DNA of 64,000 nucleotides from Tubiluchus corallicola (lineage: Eukaryota > Animalia > Priapulida). The position numbers and the translations under genes are program-made. Position 1 is the stretch's first letter; each line of letters begins with the position of its first letter. The stretch is from the NCBI GenBank assembly GCA_030141605.1, contig JAQGDQ010000114.1, forward strand, positions 496,001 through 560,000, written 5' to 3'. A model generated the notes under the pieces. That model made no database searches. It was not told the origin of the DNA and saw nothing but the letters and a program-made list of their open reading frames with translations. This document shows, piece by piece, positions 54,695 to 64,000 of the stretch.

Positions 54695-55377
54695 GTCCTA
54701 TTATAATAACACGGTATTTTCACTTTCAAAGTTTTTGTCGCGGCGATTATATGCAAGCAGGGGGCACTACATTTGTAATACCCTAATACTAGACAAATGG
54801 TAATAATCACTGTTATTAATTTTAATATTTTGGAGTCATTAAGTGTACAACATACAGGAAGTTATGAACCTTAACACGGGCGCAGACATGCTTATGCAAA
54901 ACGCCAGTCGCGCCCGCGAAATATCATCATCGAAAGTGAACTGGCAAATTGGACAAACCACAGATACGTGTCATTCAAAGTAACACGAAATTCAGTGAAT
55001 ATAAATTAACCCTGCTGTGTCAAGGGACAACCTTTAGTGCATAAACTATGCATGTAGAATTCAAGTGTGCTGTAAAACTACAATTGTAATACCAGCTACT
55101 GCATAATTATTGTCGCAGTCATTAAAATTTAACTTTCATTAGTAACATTGTTGTTTGGTATTTGTGAAAATAACCTGTAATGTAAAGGGGCCTGTTTCGC
55201 TATGTACTGTTTTCGTTTATATAAAATTTTATGTTTTCAGCCCTGATCACACTCTGATTGGCTCTGAAATTGACAGCATGCATCCAATTGGTAAACCTTT
55301 TTTGGTTACTTTTCCAAAGTAATATTACTATTATACATTCTGTATATATAATTACATATATATATGTATATATATAG

Positions 55378-55380
<3 letters not shown>

Positions 55381-55473
<93 letters not shown>

Positions 55474-55488
55474 AGTGCGTGTGTGTGT
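55381..55488. repeat. (GT)n microsatellite
   Basis: Seen directly. Confidence 0.95.
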
Positions 55489-55639
55489 CAATAAAATTCT
55501 ACTATTATTTATGAAACATTTAATAAGTTTTTGCATCTCCTGGGAAAGAAATGCAAAAAATGATACCACCAGCTATCTAATTTGAATCGTATCTCGGAGA
55601 CAAAAATGTATATTCATTTTTTATATATGTAATAACTGA

Positions 55640-56930
55640 ACAAGAAATTAGGAAATTAACTGGGAGCTTAAATGAAAATAAATCACCGGTGTATCAATAT
55701 GCTAATACAAAGATTCTGTTAACATCTTAACACCTGTTCTAACATTGTTTTTAATAAACCTATTTCAGATGGCACCTTCCCTGATATATTAAAAATAACT
55801 AAAGTTACTCCTGTATATAAAAATGGTCTCACATTTAATCCTAATTATCAATCTTTCACCCTCTTATCACCTATTTCCAAAATATTTGAAAAACTCCTAT
55901 ATTCACGGCTTGATAAATTTCTTAATAAGCACAAATAAGCACAATATATTAAACACAAATCAATTTGGATTTACGAATAGTTATTCTAGGTCTTTAGCAA
56001 TCAAATTGTGTAATAGTATAAGATACGGCCTAGATCAAAAACCACATATTTGTGGCATATTTTTAGACCTTTCTAAGAATTCTGTACCGCATTGTACAGT
56101 ATATTGATTCATAAATTGGAACATTATGGTATTAGAGGTAATGCACTGAAGTTTTTTAAGTCCTATTTAGATTCTCGAAGCCATTACACCACAGTTGCAG
56201 ATGTGGAATCTAAACTCTCTAAGATTACGTGTAGTGTCCCACAATGATCTATTCTCGGACCTCTCCTTGTTATCTGCATCAATGACTAGCTTCAAATTTT
56301 AATGCCAGAATATTTGCTGATGACATCAATTTATATAAGGCCATAAAAACATTAAAACTGTAGGACAAATGTAGTCAAGCATACGGATACAAAAATTGAC
56401 AAATGGATGAAGGCCAATTTATTATCTGTTAATTATAATAAAACCAAGTTTATGATTATTACCTTGCGAAATACAAATATAAAAAATTTTAAATTAAATA
56501 ATATATCCTGTATATTGACCACACAGATCAAATTAGATATTTAGGAATATTCAAACCTTGTAATAGTGATAACAATTCATAGCGATAACAAACTTTCCTG
56601 GAAGGCGCACCCCTACCTCCTATAATTATGCCACTCTTAAACTTAATAAAATCATCAGAATTATAATCTAAAATTCGCCATTACGTTGACATCGACACAC
56701 GTGAACTTGTTTATTATGCACTTGTATACCTCAGATTATGTGCATCATTATAATATACGAAAGTGCAAAAAAGGTGCGCTGTTTGTACGACAATTTGCTG
56801 CTACTACAGGTCAGCGCTCATTGAAATTCCTAGGCTTAACACTGGAATTCTTTAGCTTTATCTTTTACTTCCAGCTCTCTGAATAATTTACAAAGAATAT
56901 ATAAAAAACAGCTATTTGATACGTACAATT
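55640..56930 (+). mobile_element. Decayed CR1/L2-group LINE reverse transcriptase fragment
   Basis: KVTPVYK, NQFGF, GIFLDLSK, KLEHYGIRG, VPQ*SILGP and FADD remnants with stops and frameshifts. Confidence 0.85.
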
Positions 56931-57059
56931 TGTAGTTAATAAAAGAAGAAAAAGTCTATAACCAAAAATTATTGCAATTCGATTTTTAATTTCAGTTCTC
57001 ACAAAACTATGTCTTAATAAAACTTATATTGTACAATATTTTTTCGCTGTCACTCTCGC

Positions 57060-57345
<286 letters not shown>

Positions 57346-58339
57346 CTAGTCCCGATCGATGTATAATGCCAGATTTTGTGGAATCTTACTAGGACACGAC
57401 ATTGTATACTTATCGATAACACACACTTCCAAACGCATATCTCATACCTTTTTAATACAGCAATATGTCAGAGGCAAATTGTTTACATAAAATACTAAAT
57501 TAAACCTTTTCTGAACTATTGGAACTAGTTTTAAGACCTGTCACTCTTAACCTAGTTTAAATACACTCCCGATAACTTAAAACTATGTTTGAATTACCGG
57601 GGGTGTAATGAATGGGGGTATATTTAAACCGGTACACCGGCAAGTTGTTATTGCAACATGAGAGGTAATAGTTCTGGTAGTGGTATTAGCAGCGAGTGGT
57701 GGTGGCGGCGGCAGCAGCAGCAGTAGTAGCAGCCGATCTGACTAAACAAAGTTATGGTAATAATCACCAAAACATGCACCAGATATAGCCCTACAACTTA
57801 TAAAACAAGTACTTTCAAAGAACCTGCATCTTTAACTCATTAAGCCTGAAAAAGGGTGATTTGCAACTAGAACATCAAAAACAAACCGCTAAGCAAGTTT
57901 AGCGTCTAGAAATTCTTTGGGTAATGAAATTAATTGCAGTGGTGAGCGGGTAACAGATTCAAATCAAAAGCGCTACGCTAGCTGTTTACAAACAGAACGC
58001 TACTTAACATGATTAGGACGTTTGGGCACATACAAATGTCTTATTTTAAGTACGTGAAGGAAAAATATTGAGTCAATTATGTGGAGTTAGTTGAGTCAAT
58101 TACCGATAGTTTTTACGTAATTTGAATCGAAGCGGCCCGTTCCAGCCGTTTTTGACTTAATTAAGCGATTGAGTCTATTAACCGTGAGTCTATTAAGCGG
58201 CAATTACTGCATCACTGATCTTCTGCAAGCAAACCCTGTACCGCGAGAAGCACAACTCGCAAATTGCCTTTTGTCACGCACAGCTGATGTTATATTGTGA
58301 AAATGACAAAGCGGCTTGGGAAATACCTGTAGTCATCGA

Positions 58340-58408
58340 TGACTCAGCTTCTTCTCGTATTTGCGTTCTGTCCTGATTAGTTTAAAGTTTACCTGTGCTG
58401 TGACGTCA
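58340..58408 (+). promoter_or_regulatory. Candidate MMP proximal promoter elements (AP-1 and CRE)
   Basis: Consensus TGACTCA at 58340-58346 and palindromic TGACGTCA at 58401-58408, about 330-400 bp upstream of the ATG, in a CpG-retaining region. Confidence 0.4.
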
Positions 58409-58738
58409 TTATTACCGGCCCCTCCTACAAACGACTTACATCCGCTACGGAAAATGCGAAAATGATTATTTTTCGCCTCCAGCGCTGAAGATCTGCTTAG
58501 AAGGACACTACGCCTGGGACTGGAAGAAAGAAGCAATCGCGCGTTGAAATATTTGTTCTCTACGTTGACTGAAAGTTAAAAACAGGTTATATAGGATAAA
58601 ATTAACATCAAGGTGGAAGAGCGAGCCTGGTAGGACGTGAAACAAAGCTACGTCAGTTACGAAAGTATAATTAAGATATTTAGCGATAATTAATAATTGA
58701 GATTTTGGACAACGTTGGCGCTAACTGAGCAGCAGATT

Positions 58739-58879
58739 ATGAACATCATCAACACGTTATCTGTTTATTTATGTGTTATTAGTAGTTCGTTGCATTTGAG
58801 CTTAGCTCTTCCCTTGCCGGACGACGCCACAGACGAAGAACCTCAAGAAGCTAAAGTTTCGTCAATATATGACGCAACG
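58739..58879 (+). CDS. Matrix metalloproteinase (M10A), exon 1 (signal peptide)
   Basis: MNIINTLSVYLCVISSSLHLSLALPLP..., a hydrophobic signal-like peptide; donor ACG|GTACGT in phase 0 joins exon 2. Confidence 0.75.
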
Positions 58880-59324
58880 GTACGTTGAACATTGCCATAG
58901 CTTTACTATAATAACCACAAGTTAACGTCAATGTTTTACACACGCATTACTATAAAACGTCCTAATAGCTAACTATGATTAGATATAAAGTAGATAGGCC
59001 TAATTACATAATATACTGTACGCGCAATGATAATTTTAGCCTTAGTGAGAAACGTTTGTGCAAGAACGTACGTAAATATGCGTGCCTCGTGATAGACCGC
59101 GTTGATGTGGTATCGGGAAAAAACATGTTTGTAACTTCATAAGCCGAGTTGCTCTTTAACAGGGTAAAGGAATAAGTTCTATTGCTGATAGTAACTATTA
59201 AAGTGTGTCTGCGATTCGCCAGGTTATATAACATTACAAATCCATGTGCAGTAATGACACGATAGAGTCGCAGAGCTATAAATCGCACAGGCCTACGTTA
59301 AACGAACCTGAAATATTTTTCATG

Positions 59325-59403
59325 TTATTATTATTATTATCATCATCATCATCATCATCATCGTCGTCGTCGTCGTCGTCATCATCATTATTATTATTAT
59401 TAT
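59325..59403. repeat. Compound trinucleotide repeat (TTA)(TCA)(TCG)(TCA)(TTA)
   Basis: Seen directly; block order is mirror-symmetric. Confidence 0.9.
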
Positions 59404-61190
59404 GTAGACTGTTAAGTTTTCGGGAAACTTAAAAGATACTTGAAAGGCTCTCTGCATGCAAAAACTAAATCAGTTTTAGACCGCGTGCCTTTAAGCCTTA
59501 ATACAAAATTTAAATTTAGGGCTTAATATTTTGCAGGCATGATAGAACAAACCGTGAAATTTCTTAGTAGTACATGTAAATACGAGTAACCACGCCATAT
59601 TGGCCTTGGTTCTTTTTTATGAATTCATGACTCCATAATGATTTTTATGATGCTGCATGAAAGTTTGCTTGAAAGTGGTTGACGACTGCTTATAAATTTA
59701 TAAAATCATTATTTCTTATATACGGTATACAGCATAAGGGCATTGTAGGTTATAAAATACTCATAAACCCACGTATACAGTGGAAGGAAATAGTTGTTCT
59801 ATTGCTGTATATTACTTGTGTTCACACATAAACTTTGTCTTCCGGACACATAATGTTGCTCTCTTGAGCTTATTACTTCGCCTGTATTTCATTGTTCAAA
59901 GGCTAAATGCATCCAGCTGTGTTGCAATGACTCAGCTAACGAATGAGTAAGACTCGGCCCACTCAAATGACTGGACGGCTGGTTAAACCACCCATGTTAT
60001 AAGTGATTGTTGGCTTAGTATAAAGGTCTGATTAACAGGAAACAGTTATCGAGTGATGATTCGTTTAAGAAAAAATTGTTTGCAGCTCTGTAAAACTTGC
60101 TAAATTGTGTATTGTAAATTTTCCAAATTACACCTTTTCCAAGTTTGTGTATGCCCCCTGGGCTAATAGGGCTAAATGAGACTTAAACCAACATACCTAT
60201 AATATTACAGGCAGCAGCTATGGCTACTATACGGCTTCACAACGCGTAGTTATTAGTCACTCACTTCGGTCTAAGATGATCCGTTTACCAAATTATTACG
60301 TTTGTTACTCCGATACGAAACAAAAAGCGATACGCCACTCCACTTTTTTTCCATTTCGGCTTATTTTTGTCATAAAATTTCAGACATATCTTTCTCGATT
60401 TGGTTATATCACTGACAACATGGTTACCGAAATCAACCAGAGCCATGCACCTAGAACGGTACAATAAATAATATTCCTGCCTTCTCAATTATTTCGAGAG
60501 CTCAAAACGCACACTAAACTTTCACTTTCATTTTTGGGCTACTCGCTTGTAAAGTAACGCTATAAAGCGACCTGTTTCGCCGCGATGCCAGTTTCGTTCT
60601 CGTTTTGTTAATGTAATAAGTTTTTAGCCTGTTTTTGCATTGCGACATTACAATAGAGTAATTCCATATTGAATTTTTTTACGAAAAAAGAGCAGTCTCC
60701 AATTGCAACGAATAAACGGCACTCTAAATGATGCAAAAACGTATTGCATGACAACAATAAATTGCATTCTAAATTACATCTTAGTTAGGCGTAAAAACTC
60801 AATTAGCGAGTAACCCAACTCTTCACATTCTGGACTAGTTGTTGAATATAGCACTCGTTCTTTGGCACCTCTTTGATGTCGCACTTGTAGGTTTATGCAC
60901 AGCATGGGCTTACAATTATTTTTAAATTTACGCAAGGATGCTGTGTTGTTTAAATTGGTGTCGAATGCAGCGGCATGCAGCAGCGTTGCCTAAGACAGTA
61001 TGTTGCATATCGTAGATTCGTGTTAATAATTAATGAAGATAGTGCAAAAATACTACGAGAAAATGAATCCACTTTTTTAATATAACAAATCACATATCCC
61101 ATCTCCTTTAGATTGCAATTTTTCAACTTTGATCAAGTTTACGTCGACATAAACATACAGTGACTGTGTGTCACTTGGTGATTTTTTCAG

Positions 61191-61311
61191 AGTTACCTGC
61201 TGCAGTATGGATATATTCAGCAGCCAGATAGGACGGGAGCTTTGAGAGGAGAAGAAGCCTTAGTAAACGCCATCAAACAATTTCAGCGTTTGGCTGGTAT
61301 AAACCAAACTG
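61191..61311 (+). CDS. Matrix metalloproteinase exon 2 (pro-domain, PG-binding-like)
   Basis: SYLLQYGYI...AIKQFQRLAGINQTG. Confidence 0.92.
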
Positions 61312-61398
61312 GTATGTAGCAATGTTTTGTCGTCGTTTACTCGGATTAATTAACGTAGATTACTCAGCTCAGACTTAAAGTAAAACCTTAGAAAACGA

Positions 61399-61514
<116 letters not shown>

Positions 61515-61638
61515 AGATTGAAGGGGCGAGCCTATGAGCCAGACTACCAGATAATTAGACTGTGTCAGTGTATCTGTAAAAATAATAATGCACGTTCGTA
61601 TAACAGTTCTAAATCAGACCCTCCTCTTTAATTTTTAG

Positions 61639-61746
61639 GTGAACTAGATAGTGAAACTGTTAAATGGATGAACTATCCTCGATGTGGTGTCGTTGACTTT
61701 GTGGGCACTGCAGACATAGCCAGGAAAAAGCGCTATGCTTTGCAAG
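61639..61746 (+). CDS. Matrix metalloproteinase exon 3 (cysteine switch, furin site)
   Basis: ELDSETVKWMNYPRCGVVD...RKKRYALQG. Confidence 0.94.
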
Positions 61747-62984
61747 GTATAACTTTATATGCTTTAGCAAATTCTAAAAGATTACAGGTTCTTTAAGCAC
61801 ACAGGTCTTGGTATATCCAGGGCCAGATAACTTTTGCGGCCCCTAAGCTAAAGAAATTATGGGAGCACCTTCTAACTCGCCTGCACCCGATTTAAATATT
61901 TTTACTCATGATATATTTTAGCGACATTTGCATAGCTTGAAATAAACTTATTGCACATTCTCTAATTAAACTAGAATAGCTATCTTTCGTTTGTCAATAG
62001 GAATATTCTTTCCGAAATATACCACTATTTTACAATTTATTGCAAACCATGTATTAGCACATTTATATTTCAACACAACCGTAACGCAAAAAACAGAATT
62101 TTTTACCAAATGTTACCAAAGCTTGAGGGAATCTAGGCTGCAGCCTATACAAGCATATAGGATGTGGCCGTGAGCGTATCACAGTGCTGTCATCTCTTGC
62201 ATTCAGTTAGTTACGGTTTTTTAGTTTCATTCTTTCAACAACAAATGGGTTATCATAAAATCACAGATTTATCTTTCAACTGATTATTCTCTATAATCTC
62301 TTTGTGTTTACTGACTTCAGGTAACATAGCTTCATTTGTGTGTAGCAGAGAAATGTGTCTAATTCTCGTCCTTCCAACAGACCCAGTGACTGCCCTGTTA
62401 GTATATATAGCCCCTCCAAACCCAAGATTTCTGCATAACCGCCTCGAAGTGCAAGCTGGTTGCCATTCTCTTATGTGGATAGGTTAATCAACAGGGCATC
62501 TTGGAGCACTCTTGTGCTACACGCTTAGCACAGGGGCTGTGCTAAGGACCCACCGGTATGTGAATACATTTTTGCCACATGCCACTATGAGAAAATAGTA
62601 CTGAAGTATGGCAGACGAAGCTCGTTGGTCACCCACCTAATCAACCCAAGTCAAACTTATGTCGTCTGCTCCATGTTGACCACCTTGTGACTATATTTCA
62701 GTTTTGTCGATCATGCGGACATATCTAAAATTTCTGCAGTCATGTTGTTTGTCTGGACCACTGTGTTGCAGAAACTAGAGGATGAGAGAGTGCTGTTGAT
62801 TCACAAATCTCCAGCATTTAAATATTTCATTAATGACAGCCAACTTTCTGTTGTTTTCATATTTTACTATTTTGTTATTCTTATTGTTATTTGTGAAAGT
62901 GGATTTATTTCAGTTAAGGTGGATTTCATGTGTGCTTTACTCTGATATTTGATCAGACACATAAATTATATTTTTTTCTTACAG

Positions 62985-63085
62985 GTAGCAAATGGAGAGG
63001 AACTAATATTAAATATAAAATTACGAAATACACTCCTGATCTTACAGAAGACACAACAGATTCGGAAATTGAACGCTCATTTAAA
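62985..63085 (+). CDS. Matrix metalloproteinase exon 4 (catalytic domain start)
   Basis: SKWRGTNIKYKITKYTPDL...IERSFK. Confidence 0.92.
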
Positions 63086-63207
63086 GTATGTATAGTTGCA
63101 ACCAATTCACTAATTGCTAATAACACACCAAGAAGAAAGAATTCACACTGTACAACTTTTGACCACTAATTTTTTTGTAAAATTATTTAACATTTTGTGG
63201 CACACAG

Positions 63208-63415
63208 GTATGGGAGGACAATACACCACTTAGGTTTTCAAAAACTTCTCAGTCTGCTAAAGCAGACATAGATATAAAATTCGTAAAGGGAGAACATGGA
63301 GATGGGGAACCCTTTGATGGAAGGGGTCGTACGCTTGCACATGCATTCTTTCCACGATATGGAGGAGACACGCACTTTGACGACGATGAACATTGGTCAA
63401 CTGGTGGATCACGAG
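63208..63415 (+). CDS. Matrix metalloproteinase exon 5
   Basis: [10 protein letters not shown]...[20 protein letters not shown]...HFDDDEHW (structural Zn/Ca motifs). Confidence 0.95.
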
Positions 63416-63548
63416 GTAGATAGTCACTATAAAGCCAATATTTTCCAATGAATAATTTAATCTATCTTCTTCACTGCATTACCTTATTCACTCTGTTTTT
63501 TCCACCCTGCAGTTTGCCGCTTCTACTATATTTATCGCATCATTTTAG

Positions 63549-63707
63549 GAACTGATTTGTTTCAAGTGGCTGCCCATGAGCTTGGTCATGCACTAGGTTT
63601 ATCACATTCGGATGTTCAGGCTTCCATGATGGCTCCATTTTACAGAGGCTACAACGATGAAGCAAAGTTGCACAAAGATGACATCGAAGCAATTCAGTTG
63701 TTATATG
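63549..63707 (+). CDS. Matrix metalloproteinase exon 6 (zinc-binding site)
   Basis: [15 protein letters not shown] (HEXXHXXGXXH), Met-turn [18 protein letters not shown]. Confidence 0.96.
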
Positions 63708-63901
63708 GTAGTTTTATTTTTATTTAGCACTTTTATTTATTTTTATTTATAATGATAGTACCTTTATTAGTTTTACTTTAGGCCATTAAATGTTAAAAGT
63801 TGCTTTTTTGTTGTTAGAAGTTGCTGTGTATAACTTGTGGGTGAACCTTTCGGAGACTTATTTGATGGCTGGGTTATTACATTTTTTACCAAAAATTGCA
63901 G

Positions 63902-64000
63902 GTAAGCCATCTAAGCCAAGGGTTGATGAAGATGATGAAGACAAAGAAAAGTCCCCACGCCCAGGGCAGCGAACAACACCAAGACCTCGAGTTCCTGCTG
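63902..64000 (+). CDS. Matrix metalloproteinase exon 7 (hinge, truncated by the window end)
   Basis: TGCAG acceptor; KPSKPRVDEDDEDKEKSPRPGQRTTPRPRVPA, a Pro/charged hinge. Confidence 0.8.

Overview
AT-rich, intron-containing DNA from a metazoan, most likely an invertebrate; the species cannot be determined from the window. Four protein-coding genes can be reconstructed exon by exon with GT-AG junctions and consistent reading phase. (1) A PP2A B'' regulatory subunit gene (PPP2R3A/B family) on the minus strand, 5423-36858. It appears to have two alternative N-termini: a PR70/PPP2R3B-type one (about 619 aa isoform) and a large PR130-like exon (about 1053 aa isoform). (2) TRMT61A, plus strand, 43394-46484, 321 aa. 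(3) ALG2, minus strand, 48968-54694, 401 aa. (4) The 5' part of a furin-activatable matrix metalloproteinase, plus strand, 58739 to the window end. Introns and intergenic DNA carry decayed CR1/L2-group LINEs, several MITEs (hAT-, Harbinger-, Foldback/MULE- and pogo-like), tRNA-derived SINE remnants and microsatellites. The most notable observations are the dual-N-terminus PP2A B'' architecture with a conserved Cys/His motif, a 5S rRNA-headed SINE with an RTE-like body in TRMT61A intron 1, and a ~1 kb local duplication that puts a copy of an exon donor site next to the shared PPP2R3/TRMT61A upstream region. Also notable are a triply interrupted CR1 fossil and a repeat family carrying AP-1-like motifs next to the MMP promoter. 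Protein and repeat-family identifications rest on motif recognition from memory, not on database searches.
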